The notes beneath the pieces were generated by a model, which was given only the letters and a program-made list of their open reading frames with translations, was not told the DNA's origin and did no database searches. Made by a program: the position numbers and the translations under genes. From Octopus sinensis (taxonomy: Eukaryota), in NCBI RefSeq assembly GCF_006345805.1, contig NC_042999.1, forward strand, positions 99,572,001-99,636,000: a DNA stretch of 64,000 nucleotides, in the 5' to 3' direction. Shown in pieces: positions 14,186 through 28,557 of the stretch; the first letter of the stretch is position 1; the number at the start of each line of letters is the position of its first letter.

Positions 14186-14252
14186 TGATTGATTTTGTTG
14201 TTAATAATAAACAACTATTAACTTCGCAATTTCCATTTTCTTTTTCTTCTCT

Positions 14253-14283
<31 letters not shown>

Positions 14284-16007
14284 CTGTCAGTATGTAGGTA
14301 ATTATATATGTATGTATATGTATATTGTATTTTACAAATTGACGCAAGTTTGTATTATATTGATTTATTATAGTTAAACCCAAACTTCTATTCATTTACA
14401 AACGTGCACCAAATCTATCATGGTGTTGACGTGAACGAGAAATCCTACTTAATCAATAAATAGGAATTGTTGTGTGAGATTGGTAACAGTAGCATAGACG
14501 CGATGATCTCAATGCATTGTAGGATATAATATACATACAAGCACATACACATACATATATACTCTTACGGCTTCAGGAGCTTATGTTACCGGGAAGCTAA
14601 GTTTTCTTTTTGTTCTTGAGGTACAATTTAATATAGGCACATTTTCGTTTAAGTGTAGCTTTTTAAACCCTGACTATGACTTTTTATTTATTCTACTTTT
14701 GAAAAAGAAAAACGATGGTTTAAGAATATATATTCTGAACTCCTAAGATATTGAATCCGGAATTTTTTTAAATTTTTAATCAAGAATTTATTTGTATTAA
14801 ACGATTTACAGCTGCTTTCTATTTATTTTCTCTGGAGACGAGAGTTCATGAATGAAAAAATATATATTTTATCGTATACAAATATATGTCGTTTACATTT
14901 ACTGTGAATAAATACATTTTGTCTGCATCTGTAATTACACTGTTATCTTTAACAAATTAAAACAACACAAGTAAAACTACACAATACTAATACTTTCATT
15001 ACTAAACGCACACACTTTCATTGTTTTAGTGACTAACGCAGCTATTACAAGATCTCCGTGTTCTTTATCCATGTGATTCATACATAAATATATTTATAAA
15101 GCATTGAGTTTAGAATTCCTTATCACATATTTGTTTACTTTTTATGTTCTTTAAAAAATTCATAGTGTAAAAAGAATTTCTGATTCTTTGATGTTCAAAA
15201 CAAAATTCCGAAGATAGTTTTATTTTTATAGAAACAACAAAAAATCGACAGAAGATTTTTACAGTCCAAACTAAATATGTGTCGAAGTAAGAAGCAGACG
15301 ATATCTGCTAATAAATCCGCTCTCCTTACTTTCAGAAATTAATATGTGACTTTGTGTCAATACTAGCAATTATGAGGTTTGAGTTTTTGCTTTGTTAGTT
15401 CTAATGACTATTGCTCTTTAAAGAATATCTGCTGCTAGATAAGAACATATGAAATAATGGTAATATTACTCAACGTATGTTCTTGATAGATATGTTAAAA
15501 CCTAGAAATTCAAAGAGAATGACTGGGTGGGGAAAAGTATCAGTGTGCCTATTCAGGAATATCATTTCAAATAAATCCTCTGGTGGTGCTTTGGATTATT
15601 GTATATCAAGACTATAGATTTGATTTTATACTGTCTCAGGTGTTCTAGCGGTCGAAGTACTTATCAGACTATCTGGGAATGATATCTGTGTTTAAAAAAC
15701 CACTATGACCGAAGCTTAACACTTACAAAGCTGAATGAATGAGTTTCTCGACCAGCTATTTGTAGCATCAACATTCCCATCAGAGTATCTTTAAAATGTA
15801 AAGCTACATTGGATAGTGTAATTTTTAGTTATGTTCACCAAAAATAAAATGAAATTAACATCGTTGAAAGGTTAGGTTATAGATCTACCTTGACCGGAGC
15901 TGACCTAAGTTTAAACAACAACAACTAGTTACTAACGGTCTCATAACGCAAGAAAGAAGAAATAATAGGTATACTTCAAAGATTTTATATATTTCAAAGA
16001 TATATAT

Positions 16008-16110
<103 letters not shown>

Positions 16111-17835
16111 ATATATGTATATAATGTTATTAAAGATAATGTAGTGAATATCGGTTGTAAGTAGTATAGAAATATGTGCAATGTCTGTCTTAGATCACTA
16201 GTGATTTTACTCGTATTATACTCAGCAATGTACTATTGTTGCTGCGTGTACTTTTAATGCATGTCAGCTCTCATCAAGAAATATTCAACCACAACCAATC
16301 TATAACTTTTGTATATTGAGGACTAGATATAATGTCTTATGTCCTTTTTGTTAAAAACTCGGAGTGGGATTTAATTTACATTTGAATGCTATTTCTATAT
16401 GGCCAGCGCTCATATAGGCTTGGTATTATATATTGTAAATATATATCGGTGGTGTAGGTAGTAGATCACCGGCCTGAAGGTATTAAAGGATTTAATTTTG
16501 CTGTCATCATTTTCAACACCAGCTTGTCAAGTCCATTAACTATGCATGTGTAATACTGGGTTTAAAGCATTTTATCATTACCTCCCACTTTATTTCAGTT
16601 ACTGAGCTTATCACAAGGGATGGCAGAAATTTTATTTTCGAAATTCAAACACCATAGGGGTCTACTTCGCCTTTGATCTAGGGGTCGATAAAATAAATAC
16701 CATTAATATACTGTACAACTGAATTTTCTACACATTACCTCTTTAATTTTGTAACCTTTGCCGTTCTAAATAATCCATATAAAAGCATGAGAAAAACTAG
16801 TGTCCTGCACTCCTCTAAAGAGACACAGGTATAAAGTACTGATGTTATACCAGGTTTCGCAATATTTCTGCTCTCAATAACAGATAAAGTCCATCCGAAG
16901 GGATTTTGCTCAGTTCTTCTTCACCCAATTTTATTGACGAAGTTCTAGTTCACTAAAGGTTATTTGTACACACTTGTATAATATTCACTTGAATCGATCC
17001 TAGAAAAATATGATTTTAAAGCGATGTGAGCTTCTTAAATACACTGCCGTATCTGTGAAAACGTGATATCAAATTTTGACCTGCATAGAGATATACTTCT
17101 CCGATTTCGAAATATTCCACACTCAATTGAATTACATTCCTCCTCTGTGAATGATAATTGAAACTAAAACATTAATATTGGGAATTCCGGACTAATTATT
17201 CAGATAGGCTTATCTGTATAACCGTATTGGTTTTATGAATCTCTTAATATATGTACCTTCACGAGAAGCAACTATCTTGCTATTAACTAGACAAGAGCTA
17301 AAATCAAATATAAATTCACATATAATCAATGGCAGTTTTATTAATTCTATATTATTCATGTTCATCGACATAATTTGAATGTGAAAGATAAAAATTTAAT
17401 CAAGTAATATTTCTTATATTTTATGCAATAAATATGTGTTCTGATAGATGAGTGATAGTATACTATTTAAGCTTGTCGCCTCAAAACTGTTTATTCGATG
17501 GTGGATATTTATTATAACGCAAGATGATATATTTGTTATAAAGCGTTAAAATATATATGCATATTAAATATACATATATTACAACTAGCAAATATGTCTG
17601 TAATCCCATGTAAGATAATATATAAAACTCTTCTAGCTACTACTGTAAACGTTGACAAGTCGAGACATATGTTCAAAAGAGTACATTGCAATGCAAATTG
17701 GAAAGCAAAACATTCCATTTAAATTTTGTTTTATTAAAAAACGATTTATTATACTGTATTACATGTTTTGGGAGGAAGAATATCGAATAAAACTACCACA
17801 CTACCTATCAAGCTAGTTTTCTTGCTGTATATATA

Positions 17836-17876
<41 letters not shown>

Positions 17877-18758
17877 ATTCATGTACAACACGACATACAC
17901 ATCAGTGGCACAGTGGGAGGTCGTAAAATGAAACGTAATTCACCCCTTCCATCTATAGACTGGGGTGGTACCACGGGCAAATGCTAGCAACCCATTATCC
18001 TCCCGTGCCAGGGATACGGTGGAAGCGTCGACAACAAAACGTTGGATAACCGACAAGGCGGAGGACTCCTAGACCAATGGCTTGAAAGTTATTGCGGTCA
18101 AGCGGAAGATCTGTACCATCAGAGAACAATTATCAACTATCAAGTGAGCTGCTACTGCGAGGCAACCTCATCGTCGATCATGCCTGAAGCACTCTTGAAT
18201 ATCACTTGGTACCTGATGTGGAGGCTAAGAGTGGGAGTCTGGTGGGAGGTGGGGCGATGCCAACCGCGTTATTCGCCGACCAAGGCATTTTGTTTACATA
18301 AGATCTGAAGATGTGAAAGCCGCCGCCACCGCAGTCATATGTATGTATTTTTTTTTAGTTTTAATTAAGTTCTTCGCAACTTAGAGTCCAAGTCGGCCGC
18401 CAACAAAGCCGCAAGACTACTTGAGTTAAGAGAGTTCCCGGTGTTTGTAAATATGTAGTTCACTTGGTGTGTTGGTTGAACCATCGATGCATACACCCAA
18501 GTCTGTGCATCTTTCCGCATAAGAATCTCAGATGGAGAATTTTTCGAATGTTTATAAATATTTACTGTGCTACCAACAGATTGAATTTAGAGAATCCACT
18601 TCAGCTACTTTTGCATTTTCTTCATGAGACCGAGTATGTCCGTTTTGGAAGGTTGAGGGAAGGGGCAAATTCGTTACCACATAACATAATGCACCTATCA
18701 TGACAGGTATAAATGAAAATTAATTGTCAGTGTAGAAGCGCTGTAAGTTCCGCATTAA

Positions 18759-18813
<55 letters not shown>

Positions 18814-18894
18814 TATATATATATTAGCTTATTTTGATGCATATGATGGAAAGTGTCAGCTGTCCACAGCTAGCAGACTAAGGTGACACTTGTT

Positions 18895-19610
18895 TACTGG
18901 TCATGTTTCAAGAACGCTACGAAGAATTCTCACAGTTCCAAGCAATGCTGACTTTTGTAGGTGATCTACCTTCACACATGACCGATCTTTTTCAGCAATG
19001 TTGGTAGTTGAGTGCTGATATTTCCAAGTGCACCAATTTCTATTGGTATCACGACTACTCTCTTCATTGACCACAAATTTCGTATTTCCCACTTCAAATA
19101 GTCATAGTTGTTAGTTGTTTAATTTTTCTTCCCCTTCACATTGATCCTGTGTCACCGGGGTATGCTATGTCGATTATCTTACATGTGCTTTCTATTTTAT
19201 GCACCACAATATGTCCGGTCTTCTATGTCTGGTCGGAGTGATCGCACTGGATCATTGCCTCCCACAGGATTTTGCAATTCTCATTTTCGGTGAGTCCTCC
19301 TGGAGTTTTCTCATACCACTTCTTTGCTCTTTGTAGGTCGTGATTCCACAGAGCTTCCAATGGATCGTTCTTGCCACATTGTCATGGCGCCTTTTGTATT
19401 CCAGTTGTGCTAAATTTCTGACATTCGTTACTGACGTGCCATGCCGTTTCACCCCTCTCACCAGACATTCTTCATATAGTTGGTCCTTAACGCTTGTTCC
19501 TGAGCTGCGCATATGAGTGCATCTATCTCGGTTGCCAAGTGAATCCTCCTCATCCATAGCCACCAGTCCTCTGTATCTGTCTTGGCGTTCACATCTCTTT
19601 CAAACTGACT
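18895..19610 (-). mobile_element. Degraded R4/Dong-like LINE 3' fragments
   Basis: Peptides LAQLEYKRRHDNVARTIHWKLCG and LQKSALLGTVRILRSVLET match the C-terminal knuckle/REL region. A trinucleotide array lies upstream at ~19700-19830. Confidence 0.8.
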
Positions 19611-19699
19611 GTACATTTTCTTTTCCTTCTATACTCTTCCTTTTCTTGTTTATATTTTTCTTTCGTTACACAATTTTCAGTTTTATTGACGCCTGTTCT

Positions 19700-19751
19700 T
19701 GTTCTTGTTGTTGTTGTTGTTGTTGTTGTTCTTCTTCTTCTTCTTCTTCTT

Positions 19752-19782
<31 letters not shown>

Positions 19783-19787
19783 TTATT

Positions 19788-19826
<39 letters not shown>

Positions 19827-20345
19827 ATTATTATACTATTATTTATGTAGTAGTTTTCATTATCATCGCCATCTTCTTCTTCCTCCTTCTCTTCCCCTTC
19901 TTTTTCTTCTTCCTCTTTTTATGTTTTTCTCATTATTGTTTTTATGTCATTTAATTGCCATGTAGATAAAAATCTTCACTTTGATCTATTGAAGCTTTAG
20001 TTTGACACTACTTACCTATTTTCACTTCTCATTAAATATTCCTGATCATGGAGATCATGATGGTGATCATGAACATCCTCATCGTCCTCATTCTCATTCT
20101 CATTCTCAACCGCCGCCTCCGCCTCTTCCTCCCCCTACTCCTCCTCTCTTCTCCTCCTCCTCCCCTCCTCCTCTTCATTATCCTCATCGTCATTGTCGTC
20201 ATCATTATCATCATCAACAACAGTAGCAGCAGCAACTACATCACTAACACTACCCTACAATTATCATCGTCATTTCTTCTTCGTCGTTGCAATCATCATC
20301 ATCATCATCATCATCCATGTCGTCGCCGTCGTCGTCATCCTCACT
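19700..20345 (+). repeat. Low-complexity trinucleotide region (TTG/TTC/TTA, CTC/CAT)
   Basis: Read directly from the sequence; it explains the spurious low-complexity ORFs here. Confidence 0.92.
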
Positions 20346-22471
20346 ACCATCGAGATCGCTCTAAGCATCGTCTTTGTTTTGATCCTCGTGGTCTTGGTCA
20401 TTATATGTCGATATCGAATTTCTCTATGCAAACGCCTAATGCAACAACTCCACTTAACTGCTTTAAACTTTTCCAAAATTATTATCATATACTGTGAAAG
20501 GAGAAGCTTATCTATCGCTTGAAAGAGAAACCTTTCATAAAATAAAATTATGCTAAACAATTTAATAATAATTGCTTGGAATAATCGACGACTTTAATCA
20601 ACGTTGCTTCTTTGATGTGACAAATTATGTACATTTGGTTCTGTGTGTTTATTGATTTTTTTTATTATATTATTCTATTGCAATTAATTAACTCTGAAAA
20701 TAGTCAGAAAGATGATAGAAAGCTATATATTTGTAAAATTTCACACTAACATGGACTAGACCGGCCTCGCTGGCATTTAAAATATTATGTTTCACTCAGG
20801 TGTTATTTGAGTATTGTGAATAATGAATATAAACTGTGAGAGTGAATATGTTATGATAACAACACTCGTGTCAACTTTTCTTATCTGGATAATTCGGCAA
20901 CTGTCTAAAATCTGCATTTCATTAAAGAATGTTTAACCAAGAACTTATTGGTTAAGGACATACTCTATTTAAAATCAGAAACCCGTAGATTTTAAATCAA
21001 TACTGTGATGTCTTAGTTTCTATTTCAGTGGTCCACATTTCTCATTAAAGTTTGAGTATAGATCTTGTGAGATCTATATCGGAGAAATATTACCAACATT
21101 CTTTGCACAGGAAGAGTATTACCTTACAATAAAGTATCTTGTATACAAACTTGGACATGCCTCAACTAACTTGCATATGAGTGCGTGTGCTGACAACGCG
21201 GATTAACTAGTATGTTTTACATTGTGAAATTAAATTTTGTTTTGTGCAGTCGTGTTTTAATTTTGGCATTGAATTGTATAATTAATTTTCTACTTTAATG
21301 TGGTATTTATAATGTACGTAAGATTGATTCTCTAGTATTTTCCTATCACCAAAACCTCAGAAATATGTCAGCCCAAGCACAAATTACGGATAACCAAAGT
21401 GATCTATAAACTTTACTGTAAAACTGACTGTTGCAAACTTCAGCATACTTGCTGTTATATTTGACAGACTGGTACAACACTCTTGTAGAGGCTCACTATG
21501 CACTTGCAACTTTGTAGGAGTGCACATTCTATTACTGCACACCACAAAACGAAATATGCGCGCGTGTTTGTATAGCATTTTTTACAGAAATGCCGTACGT
21601 TCCAAATATATTTTACAGCTAGATGCATTAATCATTGAAACTTGTTTTCTATCGCTTATATCACTTTCACAGCGTTTTGTTTGTCAGTACTACATCACTT
21701 ATCCTGAGCTACGAAATGTATTTTCCACTTACACTGATTCCCTCATTTTCATTTAATGCACATTTCTAATAGAACTTCCTCTGTCTCACATATGTACAAG
21801 TAGGAACAACATTTGACTTTCTGGATTTAACAATGATTAATGTTGCATAAATAAAAACAATTATTTTGGGGAAACTATCCAAAATTATATTATATGATTT
21901 TTACAATATATACCGAATGAAAATAAAAACAAAATATCTGTTCATACATTCTGAAATTATGTAATAATAATTATTTTTTAAAATTGTTTTTGCATTAAAA
22001 TCTTGAAGAAAATATATTTAACTGAATCACTGCCAAGTTTTCTCTTAATCCTTTAAGTACTGCTAACTAATTTCCTTTCAGAATAGCAACTGATCGAAGG
22101 GCAAGCTCCGCGTTCCGCTTCAGAGGAACGTTAATGTAGCGCCATAGTAAATCTCGTAATTTTAACTAACCTCTCTGAAGTTCACAAATTTTCTGTTCCC
22201 TGGAAATTAATTCGATGAAATATTTAAAAAAAAAAAAAAGTAGTACATTTGCCATTTTCCATCTTATTTGGTGTCACTTTTTCCGGGCATAAATCACGAA
22301 TAATGACAATACGTTTATGCAATAACAAATCTTTTTTTCTTTTTGCTTAGATGGTATCGTGCGAATGGATATTAAAATATGCAGTTTAGCTTTCCTTTGG
22401 GATTCTAATGCAAAAATTCAGAGCTTACACACACACACACACACACACACACCACACACACACACACACAC

Positions 22472-22507
<36 letters not shown>

Positions 22508-22560
22508 ACACACACCACACCACACCACACCACACCGCACCACACACAGGCAAACAGTCA

Positions 22561-22608
<48 letters not shown>

Positions 22609-22690
22609 ATCATATGTACGTATGTGTTTATGTATGCAGTTATATATATGTATGCATGTATCTATCTACTATCTATCTACCTCTCCCTCT

Positions 22691-22728
<38 letters not shown>

Positions 22729-24989
22729 GTTTTTTAAGCTTTAAAATTATATGGTCTTGCTCTAGAGTAAAGCTCATAAATCATTCAAAACGTATATCAG
22801 TACATCATATTTCTTATAAGAAAACATTTATTTCGAAAGAATATTTCACTCCATGAACGGCAATTGGGCATTATTCTATAAATTTATCTAAATTTGAAGA
22901 AGTGTCTGAAGCACTGTAATTAGATTCACAACTTCAATCCATATAGTGAGACAAGGATAATTCTTTCATTCTTCTTCATCAACAAGAATGTTCATCAAGG
23001 CATACAAGCTCTTTTGAGTACTGTGGTATCAGAGAGATGAAACTTATAGCCGGTCGCATATAATTCTGTTTATATTTTATATTTATGTCTCCCTGGAAGA
23101 TGCAGCTTCTTATTAATTCCGCCAATAACAAAACCGTTGACTACACAGCCACACACTCGTTGATAATACACACACATTTATATATGGTAAATTTATGGAA
23201 TGAAGTCCCATAAAACTCATCAATTTAGTTAAAAATGGAGGAGACAAGTTGTTAAAATATATAAGAAGTTTAATTCTTGCAGGCGATCGTTTCATGCAGA
23301 GATATAGTAATAATGTAAATTCATGATTAAATTAAATTAAATTAATTACATTAATTACATTACATACATATCAACATATACTTCAGTGCACGAAGTAAAA
23401 ATCATAATGCAAAGAACTTGAGAAGGAATATAGCAGAAAAATTGAAGCTAGGAGATTCATATTTTTGTCCGTGTAAGAAAGAAATGTGAGTCATGTCGGA
23501 TATATGACCATAACTTATGGCTACAACAGATATTTGGAGATATAAGTCAAGAGGTATCATAGACGTTCCTTATATAGATGAGTATGGAAATTAGAGATTT
23601 AGATTCCAAATAAGTAACGTAGGACAAATATATATTAGACAAGTCCAATGGAACGACACTCCTAGATTTATATTAAAAGCTGAGCTAACCGTTGAAGTCA
23701 TAATGTATTTTTCAAAAGGTTTTCTACATAAAAATGCTGCTTAGCGTGAGGATTTGGTATATAAGAAGTTAATATTAGACAGTTAACGTAAACAAATGTT
23801 AGGAGATAAAGAGGGATAAGAACGATTTAAAGAGAGAATCTTATATGTATAAGGGACTAATATTTATATAAAAATCATATTAGGTAATACGTATTAATGA
23901 CAAAGCAGAAAGAGGTAAGTAAAACAGAAAGACATTTGTAGATATTACACTTAAAACAGTGTATGTAATTGCTGTGACAATAAAGATAAAAAGTTAAATT
24001 GCAATTTGAAGTAAAGATAGGTATACTTAAAAAATAAATATATAAATGTAGGGGACATAAATGATCGGGGGAAGAGAAGAGCAAAACAATAAAAATTAGA
24101 AAAAAAGCGAAGGATATTGATGTGTTAGGTTATAGTGTAGTTGTGTTTTAGTATATATAAAAAGATTGTTTTAGAGGTAATAATCTAGCTTAGTATTATG
24201 TGAGCAAGATATGTAATGGTAGTAAGGTCAGAGAGGTATTCAAACTGCATGGGTGTAGTGCCAGTAAGAATATAATAAAAAGAAAAAAGTACGAGAGGGT
24301 GGGTATGCAAAAGTGTAAAAACACTATACATAATATGAGAAATATATTTGAATAAGAAGAGTGTGTCTATATTTACTCATACGTGTGTAGAGGTATATTT
24401 GTACTTTAGTATATATAGATATAGGAATTCTTGTAGATGTAGGATTAATGTATACATATAAAATAAATTATACACAGTACAACTTTACCCATTCCGGTTC
24501 TTGGAGAGAAGGAGTAACACGCATATAGATATACATACACACATATAATAGATTGCATATATATATATATGTATGTGTGTGTGTGTGCGAAACATACATA
24601 TATACGCAGGTACGCACATTCATATTAATATACATGTCATTGCCTACATATAATAATCAAACACATATTTATAGATATACACAAATAGATAACGCATAAG
24701 ATCTATACCTAGATGTGCATACATGGGTGTAGACATGTGGGACACCAAGAAGTACTATATGTGCATACATGTGTGCATATGTGAGCAGTTCAAATATACG
24801 TGATTATAATGTGTAGTAACAAATAACAAAAAAACATTAACAGTTGGAATGGATATGTTTTGAGTGGGGAAATAGAAGTGCTGAAAAGTGGAGTACATAG
24901 ACACAATATGTAAATAAAATACAAGACAAAAAATTATAGGTTTCTTATATACTAAGAAAAGATATAATTTCCTTTATTCAAACATGTGG

Positions 24990-25320
24990 AGAGAAAAAGA
25001 CCCCAGCAATGTCATCACGCTTCAGGACCAGTTACTGCAACAGCCTGGGTTTGAAGGGTCCACAGCTTTTTAATATTCTCCCAAAGAGTCTGAGGAACTT
25101 GCACAAAGTAGATGTAGGGTTTTTTAAATCAAAGCTGGACCTCTTCCTGTCGAGAGTCCCAGATGAACCTACCTCACGGCAAGAGGTGCAAATGAAGGTA
25201 GCTATATCAAACTCCATTCTTCACCAAGTGCCACATATTAGAAGAGACTCTTAGTAATAACAGTGTAGCAAAACGGCGGTGCATCAGCATGGTCGCAGCT
25301 CTGAGCTGAAACTAGAGAGA
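24990..25320 (+). mobile_element. 3' end of a CR1/L2-group LINE ORF2 plus 3' UTR
   Basis: ORF 25009-25254 reads NSLGLKGPQLFNILPKSLR...FKSKLDLFLSRVPDEP, a typical LINE C-terminal end. Confidence 0.75.
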
Positions 25321-26029
25321 ATATGTATGTATATATATATATATATGATTCCAGTACTTATTTGTATACCATTCTGCCTAAATACTAGAACTACAGATGC
25401 AATATCACTGCATATCTCACGTCTACTTTCGTCTCTCTATTTCACTCTCTGTTTCATGTCTTATCTAGAATAACTATTGCTTAACCAACTTCTCACACCG
25501 TCTCCGATGAAGCGATATATAACAAATCTCGGAAACAACTATAAGACCTGTTTATAAATGTTTTGAAATCTTTCACAGCCTTGGAGGTCATATGGGAGAC
25601 AGACTTATACAGGATGATGAACTCCTTCCTCGATGACACATTCCAATTCGTGTTAAAGTATCATGACTTAGCACCATCAAGGTGTTTGAATGAGACATTA
25701 AGTCTAGTCGGCCTCTGGCGAGGCGGAAATAAGGATAAAAGTAAGAGATTCTAGTACCTCGTGATATGAATATGCATGGGAAAAAGGTAAGCTGAGTGCC
25801 TCATTTGTAAGGAACTTGAATCATGTTGGAACAACGTAAAAGGTTTATTATCTCATTTTTATGTAAAAGAAAAAAAGAACAATGCTTTCGGGAAGCGTCA
25901 ATCGGCGGGCGTCGTATACCTACCCTCATCAATATAATTTCTTTTACTTATCATTCATCTCATTTGTGTTTTGTCCAGCCCTCAACTGCTTCTATCTGTG
26001 CTAAGCTTTTATGGATATCTAATGAAATA

Positions 26030-26170
26030 AAGAAGCTTGCTTCCCAACCACATGAACCCAGGTTCAGTCCCACTGCGTCGCACCATGAGCAAGTGTCTTC
26101 TGCCATAGCCTCAGACCGACCAAAACCTAGTGAGTGCATTTGGTAGCCGGAAACTGAGAGAAGCCCGACC

Positions 26171-26206
<36 letters not shown>

Positions 26207-26440
26207 AGTGTGTGTATGTCTGTGTTTCTTTGTATCTGTGTTTGTTCCTCCACTATCGCTTGACAATACATGCTGGTATGTTTATGTCCCCCGTAACTTA
26301 GCGGTTCGGCATAAGAGAGCGATCGTACACGTACTAGGCTTACAAAGAATACATCCTGGGTTCCATTTGCCAGCATAAAACCCTTTAAGATGGTGCTCCA
26401 GCATAGTCAAATGATTGAAACGTGTAAAATGATAAAAGAA
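26030..26440 (+). mobile_element. SINE family B copy with internal (TA)/(TG) tract
   Basis: aagaagcttgcttcccaaccac...ggttcagtcccactgcg...cgtaacttagcggttcggc...ggtgctccagc. Confidence 0.85.
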
Positions 26441-27744
26441 TATATTGACTACATTGATAGATAAATAGATAGATAGATAACCAGGTAGATAGATAGAATG
26501 ATAAATTGGTAGATAGATATATATAAAAAGAAATACAGGTAGATCTATTTCTTAGACTTATTTGGGTCCTACGAAACTTTTTATATGAAGCAAGAGCTCA
26601 TATATATCCAAGTAGAATTACAAAGTGCATGTTATTTGATATTTTCTCAAATATCACCGTATTTCATTACCAGCAAAGATAAATTTTGCTAAATTTTATC
26701 TCATTGATGTTTTAGTTATGGTTTCAAATATATTTGTTTGTTAAAGTTACATATAAGAATACTATATAGAATTATAAACCTGATCGATTCTGTCGATAGT
26801 AAAGAAATATTAGAAAGTGAAATTGAAAGCATTATTAAGTGAATCATATTTCCAGCAACATTCATGCAAATATGTTTATATCAGCGAAGGGATAGCGTGA
26901 CTCATACCGAACCAAAGTACCAATCAAACGAAGTGATTTCGTCAACCAGTTTTGTATAATTAAAGCCAAACAGACGTTATGTCTGTCATTAGAAATGTCA
27001 TCTAATACGACTAAATATCAAGTCTACTAGCAGAGATTCAAATCTAGAATGCTTTAGACAGTTCAATAAATGCGTCTGAAGGGATGGTGAGGTATATGAC
27101 TCTGACAAAAAAGGTTAAAATTGGCTTTAAGTATATAATCTCATACACCAACCTGATTCATCGAGAGATGAAGAAGTGGCATGTAATATAAGTTGGTAGC
27201 GTTGTTATCTTTTATCCATTGGCAGGGAACAATAGACCAATGTAGTCTTCCTGGAACCATAAAATTGGATGTACCTAAAATATACATTAGCTAACCAGCC
27301 TGAATGGCATTTCCTGGAACTGTAATTATAAGTTCCTTTAAAGCAAGACATGTAATTGCAATTCAATGCTTAGCATTTCTTTATTAAAATCTACTGATAC
27401 AAGACAATAGCTACAACATATACAATACGGAAAGAACCCTGAGGGGAATGTAGATAGCCACAACGTGATTTATATGTCTAGAATCGCATGAAAGTCAGTA
27501 ACATTTCCTGTTTATTAAGTGTGACATTTCATGTTGTATTTGCTAGCAAGTGAAACTGTAGAGTCTATATCAATGAAAGAGGGAGTAAAGTTCGGTATTA
27601 CTTATATCAAAATTATACTCTCTCTCTCTCTCGCTTTCTTTCTATTTCTTTACACACACACGCGCACACACATACAATTATAAACACACCCATATATATC
27701 ACAATGCATTATATTACATTATATTATACTACATATTACATATA

Positions 27745-27798
<54 letters not shown>

Positions 27799-27825
27799 TT
27801 TATTTATTCATGTCTACATAATTGT

Positions 27826-27950
27826 AGTTCTTATAGAAGAATGTAGTTGAAAGTGACTTCGAAGTATCGGCCAGCTAAGCTATCGTCGGGTTGCAGTCTG
27901 ATGATGGCCGAAACTTCGAAGTCACTGTCAATAACAGTCTTGCATAAGAA
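27826..27950. repeat. Inverted repeat of hammerhead 3' half plus downstream sequence
   Basis: ttcttatagaagaatgtagttgaaagtgacttcgaagtatcggcca is an imperfect reverse complement of tggccgaaacttcgaagtcactgtcaataacagtcttgcataagaa. Confidence 0.85.
27891..27931 (+). ncRNA. Ultra-minimal hammerhead-like motif within a fold-back repeat
   Basis: TTGCAGT-CTGATGA-TGGCC-GAA-ACTTCGAAGT-C-ACTGTCAA. Stem I is CAGT/ACTG, the cleavage triplet is GUC, and stem II is reduced to the palindrome GGCC. Confidence 0.6.
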
Positions 27951-28065
27951 TAATATATACTCTACAAATGTATAAAGTAAGCAATGAGATTATGTAAAAA
28001 ATGTTTTTATAACTGAACATAAAAACGAGCATTGATATATAACTGTATAATAATATATATTCTCT

Positions 28066-28395
28066 GATTTGAAGCGACAATTTCTAAATCCAAACAAATC
28101 GCTAACCCCAGCCAGAATCGAACCCACAAATCAACGCTAACACGGCTCCTTGTGCATCTGATTAGGCCAAACACTCACCCTTCAATTTCTGGTTTGTTTA
28201 CAAATATCATATGTAGTTTTAGACAGTTTTAGAAGTATATATTCATGAAATTTGGCTGAAATTGATTTGTGACTGTTTGGCTCTATCGGATGCGCAAGGC
28301 GTCTTGTTGGCTTTGATATGTTGGTTCGATTTTGGCTGGGGTAGCTCATCATTTTCCGGCCATTTGTTTGTATTTAAACACTGTCGTTTCAAATC
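28066..28395. repeat. Diverged inverted repeat with tRNA-like arms
   Basis: Arms ~28066-28190 and ~28255-28395. Each reads outward as TGGCTCTATCGG/TGGCCTAATCAG (A-box-like), then GGTTCGATT (B-box-like), then GGCTGGGG. Confidence 0.75.
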
Positions 28396-28504
28396 TATAT
28401 TATTATATATTATTATGATATGATATTATAAAGTTATTATTTTATGAGTCTTCCATAGTAGCTTTCTCTCCGTAACTTGCAAAGCCTTTCTAGTTTGTTT
28501 ACAA

Positions 28505-28557
<53 letters not shown>

